Positions 22,763 to 36,322 of a stretch of 64,000 bases of DNA are shown in pieces. The notes under the pieces were generated by a model that was not told the origin of the DNA, ran no database searches, and saw nothing but the letters and a program-made list of their open reading frames with translations. Each line of letters starts with the position of its first letter. Within the stretch, counting starts at the first letter, position 1. The stretch spans positions 40,610,001 to 40,674,000 of the forward strand of contig NC_043009.1 of the NCBI RefSeq assembly GCF_006345805.1, read 5' to 3'. A program made the position numbers and the translations under genes. The DNA is from Octopus sinensis (lineage: Eukaryota).

Positions 22763-24859
22763 CTATCTACACACACACACACGCGACAAGCTTCTTTCAC
22801 TTTCCGTTTAGCAAATTCACTCATACATTTTGATCGGCCCGAGGCTATAGTATAAAATACTTGCCCAAGGTGTTACGCAATGGTACTGAACCTGGAACCA
22901 TGTGGTTGGGAACCAAACTTTTACCATACGACCTATCCTTTTTTATTATAGGCACAACAAGGCCTGAAGTTTCGGGGGAAGAGGACTTGTTGATTACATC
23001 GACACCAATGCGGAACTGGAACTTATTTCATCGAGTCCCAAAAGGATGAAAAGGGAAGTTGATCTCGGTGGAATTTGAACTCGAAACGTTAAGACGAACG
23101 AAATGCCCAATGTATTTTGGCTGGTGTGGTGACAATCCTGGCAGCTCGCTGCTTTAATAATTAAAATAATAATCTATATGAGAAAATATTTATTTAGTAG
23201 ACACAATATTCTAATTTAACGAAATAATTGCACAGAATTTCGCTATATAAAAATTCTCTGCTTGTAGCCACTGGTGTGACTGTGGTAAGAAATTTCTTCC
23301 TACGCACATGGTTCGGGTTCAGTCCCTCTACGTGGCATCTTGGCAAATGTCTTCTAATATAGCCTCGGGCCGAACAAAGCCTTGTGAGAAGTAGATGGAA
23401 ACTGAAAGAAGCTAATCGTGTATATATATATATATGTGCGATTGTGTGTGTATGATGTGTATGTGTATGATGTGTGTGTATGATGGGTGTGTATATTTGC
23501 TATGCCTTCCCCACCGCTTGTCAGCCTTCGTTGGCGTGTTTACGTTTCCATAACTTAACGGGTTGGCAAAAGATTACGATAGAATAAGTACCTGGCTGTA
23601 AAAAAAATAATGAAATAAAAAATAAGTACTGAGGTCGATTCGTTCGACAAAAATTCAAGGCAGTGCCCCAGCATGGCCGCAGTCAACAGACTTAAGTAAA
23701 AGATTATAAATAAATAAATTAATAAAAATAGTTTATAATCTTCGTTTTACCAAAATGTACAGGAATATTCCATTGTGGGTGGATGGCGCTTCAAATCAGA
23801 GCTTAGTGATAGAGATGGCAATGCAGAATATTAATTGCTTGCCGTATTTGTTAGAGTTTATTTTGTTTTATATCTACAATGTCGCAGGAGTGGCTGTGTG
23901 GTAAGTAGCTTGCTTACCAACCACATGGTTCCGGGTTCAGACCCACTGCGTGGCACCTTGGGCAAGTGTCTTCTACTATAGCCTCGGGCCGACCAAAGCC
24001 TTGTGAGTGGATTTGGTAGACGGAAACTGAAAGAAACCCGTCGTATATATGTTTATATATATGTGCTTGTGTGTCTCTGTGTCCCCCTAGCATTGCTTGA
24101 CAACCGATGCTGGTGTGTTTATGCCCCTGTCACTTAGCGGTTCGGCAAAAGAGACCGATAGAATAAGTACTGGGCTTACAAAAGAATAAGTCCCGGGGTC
24201 GAGTTGCTCGATTAAAGGTGGTGCTCCAGCATGGCCGCAGTCAAATGACTGAAACAGGTAAAAGAGTAAAAGAGTAATGAAAAATACGATAAAGTTACGA
24301 TTGGTATGTATGTCGACACTTTTTAGTCTCCGTACAAATAAAGTAGAGCAACCTTTTGTACTGAGTTATTTAAGTAATTTTGTTTTGTTTACGTACGTAT
24401 ATTTGCATATACACGCAGATATATACAGTTATATATATATAAATATTTATAAATATAATATGTGACAATTAGTTGGTTGTCATAATAAAACTCAGAGTTT
24501 CGGATGCCGGGGCTGAAGTCTGCGCCGGCATCTCATCAGAAACACTGTGAAAAAATTAAACGTTGAATAAAGGGAAATTAGTCCAATAGGCATGGGGAAA
24601 GTAAAACATCGTTCATAGAATCCGCATATGCACACATATACACACACAAATACACACGTATGTGTATATATCTATATACATACTCACACACGCGTGTACA
24701 TATACATACAAACACACATATACATATATATGTCTGCGGATACACGCACATACACATGCATATATACCCATGCACGCATCACTATGCTCATATACACATC
24801 TCTACGTGCACACACACATACATACGTGGATATACAAAATGTAGATTATGCGCCCATGC

Positions 24860-25690
24860 ACATGCGGATAGAAATCGGTTGTCAATCAGTATTGTTTCTG
24901 CAGAATTTCTGCCATTTCCTTAGCATCGTGTTGAGGAATGCCGTTATCATCAATCAATGGCCCAATGGGTGAGACTGCGATTCTATACTTATTTGCATAA
25001 GCGTAGAACACTTTTGGGTTCTGTTTGATGTTTTTGATTACCCATTGTTCCTCCGCATCTCTTAATTTTCAATGGAGGTTTTCATGTCGGTCTGCAGATG
25101 AAGTTTTTCCAACTCTAGCCTTTTCATTGTTGTTGAATGTGGTTGTTGTATGTAGGAGTATTTTAATTGATTGTTTTGTTTTTTTTTTACTCTTTTGATG
25201 CGCCTGATGAGTGTTTTTTTTTCTTTTTGGGTAGCCGGTTTCTGTTTGTGTTAGTGGATTTCGTAGGAGCGTGTTTTGAGCATGTACAGGTAACAATGTT
25301 CTCAAAGTGTTGCCATGCGGTCTTAATATGAGTGGAACTGAGAGTGAAAGACCAGTCGATGAAGGACAGATTCTTTCTAATTCCCTCCCCAGTCCGCTTT
25401 GTGGGAATTTATGTTGTCAAATGAGTGCCGTGGAGTAGGACTGGCTGGTTTGGTTTTGATATACCGGGAATTAAAATTGCTGAGTATCATGTTGTGGTCT
25501 GAGAGGAGAGTTTTTTTTCAACTGAAATACTGTGAACGGAACTAGAGTGGGTTGTTAATATTAGATCCAAGATAATTTTATTCTGTCTTGTTAGTTCAAG
25601 CACTAGCTGAGTCAGGAAGAATTTATCCATTAGATTAAAGAGTAATTAGCTGGCAGTATGTTAATGGTACTTTTATTCTCGAGCCCTTTG
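24860..25690 (-). mobile_element. CR1/L2-type LINE ORF2 fragment (endonuclease end plus linker)
   Basis: FLTQLV...ILDLILT...SDHNMI and KNIKQNPKVFYAYANK...IGPLIDDNG...DAKEMAEILQKQY. Confidence 0.85.
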
Positions 25691-25850
25691 GGATGGAATA
25701 TTATTGTCTGCTACGTTTAAATCAAAGCCAAACTTTGCGAGAGGAATTTGGTAAAAATACTGAGCAGATTCTTTCTTTCTTTCTTTCTCTCTTTCTTTGT
25801 TTCTCTCTCTCTCTTTCTTTCTTTCCCTCTTTCTTTCTTTTTTCTTTCCT

Positions 25851-25904
<54 letters not shown>

Positions 25905-26327
25905 TCTCACTTAAGTATCAAGGGATTAATAATCATTATTATGTTAACTTCTTGAGCACGATTTCTAGTCTTGCAATTTTATCACCGGCAACTATTGGAA
26001 CTTTATATTCGCTTGTTCGCTGCATCTTTCAGCAAAAATATATAATGTTCCCATTTTTATCATTACGGATTCGCACGCAAACAAACAACGACATACAAGC
26101 ATCGCGACAAATATACTCTTCAGGTTGAACAATACTTTGTGAAAGGGACTTGGTAAACATACTGAACAGATGCTATGTCTCGTGTGTACACACACACATA
26201 TATCACACGTAGATACACTTCTATTTGCACATATTCACAAACACATGTATACATATACGCATTCACTGATAAATGCTCACACGCACACATTTATACACAC
26301 ATACAAAAATATATAGAGATATAGCTG

Positions 26328-26764
26328 GGATGTTTTCGGTTTGAACGGCAGTTTTTCTAGCGGTGTCATATGAAATTGTCACCTATAATTATGACCCTAG
26401 TATCGATCTATTGCATTTCAATCTGTTTTAGGGTTAGGATTAGAGTTAGGGTTGGTTAGGGTTAGGGGTGGGGGGAAGGGTATATTTTTTTCTTCCCAAA
26501 TGTAAATAAACCCAATCTGTTTCTTAAACGAGGGAATATTCATACGGCACAGAATGTTTTCACATCAATAGACGTCATTAATTGGTTGAAATTGCAGAAA
26601 TTGAAGAAAAAAAACAACAAATATCTTACAAACTATAGAATTTTCTCAATAAAGCCAAGAGAAAAAGATGTTTCATAAACACATTCTTCCAGTATATGAA
26701 GTTTAAAAGTGTTTAGTTACGTGGAAATTATTTTAAAAAACTGCCGTTCAAACCGAAAAGATCC
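26328..26764. mobile_element. MITE with GG-starting TIRs, 8-bp TSD and internal TTAGGG-like repeats
   Basis: TIR ggat(g/c)ttttcggtttgaacggcagttttt. TSD tatagctg at 26320-26327 and 26765-26772. Truncated inverted copy at 38646-39025. Confidence 0.85.
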
Positions 26765-27142
26765 TATAGCTGAATACACATACACGCAATACTACTATAT
26801 ATACACAGATGCATACAGACGTGTGTGCGCGTTCAGTTCCATGTCTGTGCTTTTGTCAGTCAAGAAACCATTGTTAATAGTGCCCCATTATTTTCCGTAA
26901 CATAAGCAGTTCCACACATGAATCAATAAAATAAGTTTCACACTAAAATAAATAAAAAGATCGATACGATTAATTAAAATCCCATCCAAGTTCAGTCCGG
27001 TGTCTCAACATGGTGATAACCCTAAGACTGAAACTAGCCTAAGAATCAACGAATATACGTATATACAAGCATATTACAGAGAGGTGGTTGACTTTAGTTG
27101 TCCGTTGACGTAAACATGAGGAACATAAAGAGTCGAACTTAC

Positions 27143-27218
27143 CGTTTACATGTAAAAACTCCTGCAAGTCTTTCAGTGATGTCAATTTGTTTACTTTTTG
27201 TCGTTCCCTTTCTGGAAC
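27143..27218 (-). CDS. PDGF/VEGF-family growth factor, propeptide exon
   Basis: ttctattgcag|GTT...AAC G|gtaagt, 76 nt, phase 0 to 1. VPERERQKVNKLTSLKDLQEFLHVN resembles the PDGF N-terminal propeptide helix (PDGF-A [24 protein letters not shown]). Confidence 0.8.
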
Positions 27219-28040
27219 CTGCAATAGAATACAGATAAAATAAAATAGTAACGCCACAAAATACGAATATTCTTGCATGTTTATACGAAAATTCGTTGTC
27301 TCTGCTATAGGGGAAAAAAATTCACTGATGTTGCGAATAGCCGCCTGTCTGAATAAAATCCGGTATATGCAAATGAAGCAGTAGCCTTTTGACTGTGAGG
27401 AAATATGCGTGGCTCAATGGTTAAAGCGCCGGGCTCACAATCATGATGTAGTGAGTTCGATTCTCGGACCGGGCTCTGCTTTGTGTTCTTGAGCAAGACA
27501 CTTTATTTCACATCGCTCCAGTTCACTCAGCTGTAGAAATGAGCTGTGACATCATTGGTGCCAAGCTGTATCGGCCTTTGGCTTTCTCTTGGACACCATG
27601 ACTACTAAAGAAAGAAAACTACAAAAGAAATAGGCGCAGGCATAACTGTGTGATACTACAGCATGACTTGCTTCTCAACCACATGGTTCTGGGTTCAGTC
27701 CCACTGTGTGGCACCTTGGGCAAGTGTCTTCTACTATAGCCTCGAGCCGACCAAAGCCTTGTGAGTGGATTTGGTAGACGGAATCTAAAAGAAGTCCGTC
27801 TTATATGTGTGTGTGTGTGGGGGGGGGGGTATTTTTGTGTCTGGGTTTTCCCTCCCCCACCACCTCTATCGCTTGACAACCGATGTTGGTGTGTTTACGT
27901 CCCCATAACTTAACGGTTCGGCAAAAGACACCGATAGAATAAGTACTATGCTTACGGAAAATAAGTCCTGGGGTAGAATTTTCGACTAAAGGCTGTGCTC
28001 CAGCATGGTCACAGTCAAATGACTGAAACAAGTAAAAGAG

Positions 28041-28106
<66 letters not shown>

Positions 28107-29321
28107 TGAAAGATTGACCAACATTTTTCGTACAATAAGTGTACATTTTCCAGCTTATGCAGTAAAATTTTCTTAAATACCGTTTTAAAGAATTCCTCTT
28201 AATTCCACATGACCCTCCAGTATAAAATTTCTCTCCAACCCTATGGTTTGTGTGTTTTTACTGATGCAAAGGAGGAGCTAATTTGTCAGGTTTCCACAGA
28301 ATGTGCAGGCCTACTGGAATGTGTTTATATTGTGTTTCACAAAAGATGTCAGCTGTAAATGGAGGTGCAGAATTGTAATACCAGTCAAAGAGTTTAACGG
28401 TTTAGAATTCACAATTGCATTGCTTGGGTTGAAAATCTCATTTACGTTTGTCTCAACCAATTAAAGATGACGTGTGCGAAGCAGAGAGAAGATAGAACAG
28501 CAGTTCTTGCAGTCGCATATCTGCTTATTGTTTGTTATTATGTTTTTGCTACAACTCCAGACTGTTGATTGGAGCAAGGCCGATCGATTTCCTATTTTCG
28601 TGTTCACAATGATATACCATGTGAAGAAAAAGATGTTTGCATCTGTCAGTGCTAACTGTGGACCAAAATTTATAGACAGGTGTAGGCAGGGTTATTTGGT
28701 TAAGAAGTTCTCTTGGCCACAACGTGGTTTGGGGTTTAGCTTCCTTGTGCCGTATCATGGGGAAGTATCTACAACTATAGCCCCAGACCGACTAATGCTT
28801 AGTGGATGAATTTGATGGACAGGAAACTATGTGGAAGCCCGCCGTATATATATATATATATATATAATATATATATATATATAATATTAATCAAAAGACA
28901 TAGTAAGTATGTCTACCTGCTTGAAATAACAGTCAAAACTCTTATTAAATCGCCAAAAATACACTGATGATAACTACAGAAATCAAATGAAGGCAAAATC
29001 AGGTTAAGGCAATCTACTAACATACATTTAAGTATCTGAACCCACGTGGACCGGTTTCTGCACTGGCAAAATAAGCCTTAGCTTCTTCAGCACGCGTTAC
29101 AATGATTAGAGATTCCCAACCCATCGTTTTGAAGTCTGTGCTGCAACTGATTCGTTTTGCGCCGAAATCACAGCAGCCACCAGTGTAAAATAATCTCGAT
29201 ACAATTTACGAGAAAAATAATTCAGGAAAAATTAGTTTGCGAAGGTGTCATTAATTCTATTAATTCTATTATACATTGGATAATAATAGAATTAATGACA
29301 CCTTCACAAATTAATTTTTCG

Positions 29322-29352
<31 letters not shown>

Positions 29353-30149
29353 TCCCGCGACTACTTGACAACCGATGTTTTTGTTTTCTTTTTTTACGTC
29401 CCTATAATTTAGCAGTTTGGCAAGAGAAAGCAATAGAATATGTACCAGACTTAAGTATTGGGGTCGATTTGTTCGACTAAACCCTTCAAAGCAGCGCTCC
29501 AGCATGGCCGGATTTCAGTATCAGAAACAAGTAGAAGATGATAGAAAAAAAAACGAATGTTCTTCTTTGTTCTTTTTTTAAAATTCTTTTATTTGTTTCA
29601 GTCATTTAACTGCGGTCATGCTGGAGCACCGCCTTTAGTCGAACAGATCGACCCCAGGACTTATTCCTTGTAAGCCTAGTACTTATTCTATCGGTCTCTT
29701 TTGCCGAACCGCTAAGTTACGGGGACATAAACACACCAGCATCGGTTGTGAAGCGATGTTGGGGGGGGGGACAAACACATATACGACAAGCTTCTTTCTG
29801 TTTCCGTCTATTAAACCCACTCACAAAGCTTTGGTCGGCCCGAAGCTATAGTAGAAGACACTTGCCCAAGGTGCCACGCAGTCGGACTGAACTCGGAACC
29901 AAGCTACTTATCATACAGTCACTCCTGTGCCTATACACAGAATAGCAAAGACAAATGACAGTGCGTAAGAGTATCATTCTACAAAGAGACAGACAGAGCG
30001 ACAGACAGACAGACAGACAAGCCTCCCTGTAGAGATGTTGTGTCTTGTTGGTCACGGTTTTCCTAAACCATTTAAATTAGCAACTGATATTAAGAGTCAC
30101 CACAGAACACGTGGTCGTGTGACAGTAGACAGAAACTGATCAGAACATA

Positions 30150-30735
30150 ATCCTTTCTACTATAGGCTCAAAACTGGCGTTTATGGGGAGGGGGATAGTC
30201 GATTACATCGTCCCCCGAAAGGGTGAAAAGGCAAAGTCGACCTGATCAGAATTTGAACTTAGAACGTAAAGACGGACGAAATGCCGGTAAGTATTTGGCG
30301 CTCGGTGTGATACCGATTCTTATTTCTTTACTGCACGCAAGGAGCTACACAGAGAGGGGACAAACAAGGACAAACAAACGGATTAATTCGATTATGTCGA
30401 CCCTAGTGCGTAACTGGTACTTATTTAATCGACCCCGAAAGGATGAAAGGCAAAGTTGACCTCGGCGTAATTTGAACTCAGAACGTAGCGGCAGACGAAA
30501 TACCTATTTCTTTACTACCCACAAGGGGCTAAACACAGAGAGGACAAGTAAGGACAGACAAACGGATTAAGTCGATTATATCGAGTCCAGTGTGTAACTG
30601 GTACTTATTTAATCGTCCCCGAAAGGATGAAAGGCAAAGTCGACCTCGGCGGAATTTGAACTCAGAACGTAGCGGTAGACGAAGTACAGCTACGAATTTT
30701 GCCCGGCGCGCTAACGTTTCTGCCAGCTCATCACC
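30150..30735 (-). mobile_element. Trimeric SINE family B array
   Basis: Three successive gaaaggatgaaaggcaaagtcgacc units (plus-strand reading) with one head at about 30735. Confidence 0.8.
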
Positions 30736-31342
30736 TGAACCGGAACATAGATAATGGATGGCTATCAAATGATAAGATGCATCACGTACGAATATGTGGC
30801 GGGGATAAAATCACGCACACACACACACACACACACACATGCTTAGCCATCGCTCAAAACTGAATAATTTCGGTGGTATGTACGACGATTTCGCTAATTG
30901 TTTTCAGTGTCAGTAAAGTTACGGGCAAATAAAGACACTCTTGAAGCCCTCCCTTGATCACGCAGAACATTGTAGAAGGTAAGAGGGCTGCACTAGCAGT
31001 CAGTTGTTATTTATTTTCAACAAAGGAAAGAAGAGTTGCTTTTCGTAGTGTCTTGTTATATTTGTTTTATTGTGAGAAACAACCACATTGAAAACACGTG
31101 ACCAGCAACGCTATTGTTCTCAAATTGTTATTATAAAAGATATATTATTTTATTTGTCTCAGTCATTTTGACTGCGGCCATCGAGCAAATCGACCTCAGG
31201 ACTTATTCTTTACAAGCCTAGTACTTATTCTATCGGTCACTCTTGCTGAACCGCTAAGTGACGGGGACGTAAACAAACCACCATCGGTCGTCAAGCGATG
31301 TTGGGGGGACAAACACAGACGCACAAACAAACACACACACAC

Positions 31343-31380
<38 letters not shown>

Positions 31381-31989
31381 GACGAGCTTCTTTCAGTTTC
31401 CATCTACCAAATCCACTAACAAGGCTTTGGTCGGCCCGAGGGTACAGTAGAAGACACTTGTCTAAGGTGCCACGCAGTGGGACTGAACCCAGAACCATGT
31501 GGTTGGTAAGCAAGCTACTTACCACACAGCCACTCCTGCGCCTATATAGGTAAAAAAAAATTGGAGAAGCTTCTTCGTGCTAAACACTTGTGTCTAAGAT
31601 ACCAGAACTGCCTTCTTTTCATGACATACGAACTTATTTTACGAATCTTTTATGTTGCCAAGGCAGACCACGGCCAATTGCCACGGGCTTATCATTCTTC
31701 TCATTACCCAATAAAACTTTCTCAGTACATGTTGTTTTACTAGAAAATGCAATGAAGTAAATACAAGCATCAAATGAAACGATGTTCAGTTGAGTGTTTT
31801 TTAATTAAATAATCTGTTTCGTCAGAATTTTGTCTGTGTTTATAGTGCTTGTACATGCCCTGCAAAAAGGGGCCATGACGTGAAAGGAACGGAATGAGAT
31901 AGAGAGCTGGTGAAAAAAAAAAGGGTATGTGGGATATAACAATGGCGTCGAGAGCGATTAGGAGGAAGAACAGAAAGGGATCAATAGAG

Positions 31990-32540
31990 AGGAACAGAGA
32001 GAAAGTGTGTGTATGTGTGTGAGCATGTGTGTGTATGTATGTGAGCGTGTGTGTGTGTATGTATGTGTGTGTGTGTGTATGTGAGCGTGTGAGTGTATGT
32101 ATGTGAGCGTGTGAGTGTGTGTGTATGTGGATGCGCGTGTATGTGAGCGTATGTGTGTGTGAACGTGTGTGTGTGAGCGTGTGTGTATGTATGTGAGCAT
32201 GTTTGTGTATGTATGTGAGCATGTGTGTGTATGTATGTGACCATGTGTGTGTATGTATGTGACCATGTGTGTGTATTATGTGAGCGTGTGTGTATATGTG
32301 TGTGTGTGAGAGAGAGCGTGTGAACATGTATGTGAGCGTGTGAGTGTGTGTGTGTATGTGAGCGCATGTGTGTGTGTGTACGTGTTAGAGTGAGTACGTC
32401 TGAGAGCGTGTACATGTTAGAGCGTCTATGTGTGAGTGTGTGTGTGTCTGTATATGTGTGAATATGGGTGTGTATGCATGTACGTGTGAGTGTATGTGTG
32501 TATGAGTGTGGGTAGGTGTGAGTGTGGGTAGGTGTGAGTG
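31990..32540. repeat. Compound (GT/ATGT/GAGC) microsatellite
   Basis: Low-complexity block. It explains the His/Thr-rich spurious ORFs. Confidence 0.95.
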
Positions 32541-33245
32541 TGGGAGTGTGTCTATGTATGGGGAGGGGGGTAAATGGGTGTGAGTGTGCGAAAGAGAAGT
32601 TGAAGAATTGGGGTGGAGGTGATGGGGTTTTTAAAACTAAAGCAAAATTGTTATTGATTGGTTATTTTAGAATAAATTAATTTGAAAACTAAAGACTGGC
32701 GGCAAAAACAAAAACGATAAGTAATGAAATTAGTAAGGTCATTATTATCTTAAAATTGTATCGTGTGTATATATGTGTGATACAAAGTAATGTGCACGTA
32801 ATTGAGAAATCAAGAAGTAGAGAACCTATACATGAAGTATATAAGGCGCGGTTGTGTGGAGCTGGCCGAGACGTTAGCGCGCCGGGAGAAATGCTTAACA
32901 GTATTTCATCTGCCACTGCGTTCTGAGTTCAAATTCCGTCGAGGTCGACTTTGCCTTTCATCCTTTCGGGGTCGATAAATTAAGTACCAGTTACGCACTG
33001 GGGGGGGGTCGATCTAATCGACTTAATCCCTTTGTCTGTCCTTGTTTGTCCCCTCTATGTTTAGCTCCTTGTGGGCAATAAAGAAATAAGAAGCTTGCTT
33101 CCCAAACACAGGTTTCTAGGTTCAGTCCCACTGCAGTGGCACCTTGGGCAAATGTCTTCTACTATAGCCTCGGACCGACCAAACCTTGTGAGTGGATTTG
33201 GTAGAAGAAAACTGAAAAGAAAACCGTTGTGTGTGCATGTGTGTG

Positions 33246-33314
<69 letters not shown>

Positions 33315-33950
33315 TGTGTGTGTGTGTGTGTGTGTGCGCATTTGTTATTGTGCTCACGAGCGTAAGGTCGTGAGGTCAATTCCCGGTGACACGTCACGTT
33401 GTGTCCTTAAGCAAGTTACTTTATTTCACGTTGCTCCAGTCCACTCAGCTGGCAAAAAATGAGTAGTACCTATATTTCGAAGGACCAGCCTTGTCACGCT
33501 GAATCTCCCTGAGAACTACGTTAAGGGTACACGTGTCTGTGGAGTGGTCAGCCATTTGCACTTTAATTTCACGTGCAAGCTCATCGTAAGGTAAATACCA
33601 TGTGTGATATCCAGACTATAGTGGAAAACGTGAGCCACTGGATTTGGTTAGTAATAGCTAGAAGAATATTGAGCGAAACCTGATAACTAGTTGATCTAGC
33701 AAGCGGAACCTCATTTCTGTGAGTAGGGTTGGTGCGCAATGATGCCATCGAGAGGTGGGCCCCGAAACGGCGCGCATTCTCTTCTGATGACCCCATAAAC
33801 TTATTAGCATCCGGTATGCAGAATTTTCAACTGGTAACATTTGCATCTGCAAGTTGTTTGCAAAAGAAAATCTACGTGATCTTAATAACTCTCCACAAAT
33901 TGCGACAAATGTAAACAAACTATTGTTTGTTTTAGAAGCGCTGAAATGTA

Positions 33951-34218
33951 TTGTGAGATACAAATATGATAATTTATTTTCAAACGCATAAACGCCGATA
34001 GAACAGCAGAGACAGGATAAAATATCCACACAAAGCGGGAAAATTTGTAAAACTGGTAAAGCACTTGACCGGTAATCAAAGGGATGTGAGTTCGAATCTC
34101 GTGGCTGGTTGCTTGCAATTTTTTTTTTTTTTTTCGCTTTGTATGGATATTTAACCCAGTCTCTGCTGTTCTCTCAGCGTTTATGCGTTTGAAAATAAAT
34201 CTTATTTATATCTCACAA
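33951..34218. mobile_element. Foldback element with arms of about 100 bp enclosing a tRNA-like core
   Basis: Arms ttgtgagata...caaagcg and cgctttg...tatctcacaa. Core 34051-34111 has a D-loop remnant, anticodon arm cttga-ccggtaa-tcaa and T-loop gagttcgaatctc. Confidence 0.7.
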
Positions 34219-35864
34219 CTCACCACCTATTTAATTAGGCCAATGTATGCAGCGATTACAATAAACAAAAATGTCTACGTGACAGGTCATTTATAATAGG
34301 TGTTATCGATATGATAAGATAACAAATTCTTTGTCTGATCAGGTTAAATGAATGTTCATACTATGTACATGAGTTATACATGTCGACCCGTGAAAAATTT
34401 CTTTAAACGTGTGACTTATAAATAATGTTATAAGAGTTCCTTTATATGTAATAACTGAGTTTCGTTGAATTACATCAAATTCAATTTGTGATGACCTCAG
34501 TGTAGGAGGTTTCTCGATGTTTCTCTCTGTTCGAGGAAATGCATGTTTAGTGTGAACTACATACGTTATCTTTGGACGGCATACATCAAATGTCTGTGTT
34601 TGTGCATCTCCTCAGAAGATATTTATTCAGCCTTCTGTGGGAAATGCAACCGAGGTTAAGTAAGTACTAAAATTACTTTTTGACCATAGATCGAAGGCGC
34701 TCAAATACAACCAACCCGTCGTCTCTGAAACTTTGCAGCTTGGGTCATGTTACTCAACTAGTCTTTTCTAAGATGCTAGAACATTATTTTATTATTATTT
34801 TTTTCTTTTTTAGCAGTGGATTTGTTAATTTAGCTACCACTTCTACCATGTTGAAAGACAACATAAAGGTTGTTTTGTATTATTGTAAGGCTGGCGAATG
34901 GAAATAAAATATTTACTGCATGTATCTGCGCGTGATATCAGTTAACATAGGTTTTGCTTTCTAGACAATCTTGATAAAGAAAATAAACAAGTGTATAATG
35001 ACTCACCAGATTAAAAGTTTGTTTAGAGCAGGTTTTCTATTTTACATGTTTTCCAAATAAGTTTAAGGACTATGTTGGCTCCAGTGGGTTATATTTAATA
35101 CATTATTATTTAGAAAAGTAAGTTACAGCTCCCATAACGTTTTCAATACCCCCACTGCTGATAGTAAGAAAGGATGAATATATCATGAAGCGGGAAACCT
35201 GGCCCGAAATCTTGCAATACAATAGATTGTTTTAAGGATAGCCATGAGTCGAGTGTTAGTGCTAAACCGATTAACGGATTAAGTCCTGTGTCCAAGAATA
35301 AATATAGGATTCTTCAAGAGGTGTAGGTTGTCTTTTGGACAGCTGTAATGGCATAGATTGTGATGTGAAGGAATGTAGCATAGTTTAATTTCTTAGTTCA
35401 TTTCTTATCAGGAGTCAACTTAACCCTGCCTTACTGATAAGCTAGATGAAAGAATATATATGACGCACATGTGCCAAAAATACTATTTTTCTTTTGCGTA
35501 AATCTGCGTAAAGAGTTCGATAAGCTTGAAATGAATTCATGATTGAACAATAATATAATGACATATAATGATAGCTAAAACGAAGCGACACAAGGAAATA
35601 ACGTCCTATTAAGTTTACTATTGATACATGCTAAATATATATATATTTTTCTCTAGATGCATGTTCGTGTTTCTGGAACGAGAGGCAATATAATAAATTT
35701 GTGGTGAGCCACCACCAGTAGAAAGTAAAGAAGAAGCTTAATCGGAAAATTACTGCTTATCTACAAAGCCAGTACCGTACAGAAATCGATTCTGGAAAGT
35801 AACAGAAGGCGCCGAAAATATCGTGAGTTTGCTTGTAAAAAAAAAAAAGTAATAAGGCGCAAAA

Positions 35865-36030
35865 AAAAAGTAATAAGGCTGTGTGGTAAGTAGCTTGCTA
35901 ACCAACCACATGATTCCGGGTTCAGTCCCACTGCGTGGCATCTTGGGCAAGTGTCTTCTGCTATAGCCCTGGGCCGACCAATGCCTTGTGAGTGGATTTG
36001 GTAGACGGAAACTGAAAGAAGCCTGTCGTA

Positions 36031-36084
<54 letters not shown>

Positions 36085-36282
36085 TGTGTTTGTCCCCCTA
36101 GCATGGCTTGACAACCGATGCTGGTGTGTTTACGTCCCCGTCACTTAGCGGTTCGGCAAAAGACACCGATAAAATAAGTACTGGGCTTACAAAGAATAAG
36201 TCCCGGGGTCGATTTGCTCGACTAAAGGCGGTGCTCCAGCATGGCCGCAGTCAAAATGACTGAAACAAGTAAAAGAGTAATA
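35865..36282 (+). mobile_element. SINE family A, near full length
   Basis: Matches the family A head, microsatellite and tail. Confidence 0.9.
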
Positions 36283-36322
36283 TGAAAGTAACTTATAGAA
36301 AAGAGCATTATAGTAATTTTCG

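Noticed and set aside
28474-28809. 111-aa plus-strand ORF with TVDWSKA
   Set aside because: At best a very decayed Tc1-like remnant running into a SINE. No motif is strong enough to call.
29126-29200. TGGCCDFGAKRISC, superficially like the PDGF xCxGCC motif and a possible paralogue exon
   Set aside because: It lacks the preceding RC and WPxC, has the wrong spacing to the next Cys, and has no good acceptor. No second PVF copy is supported.
32689-32745. MTLLISLLIVFVFAASL, signal-peptide-like, minus strand
   Set aside because: It runs into a stop with no credible splice donor.
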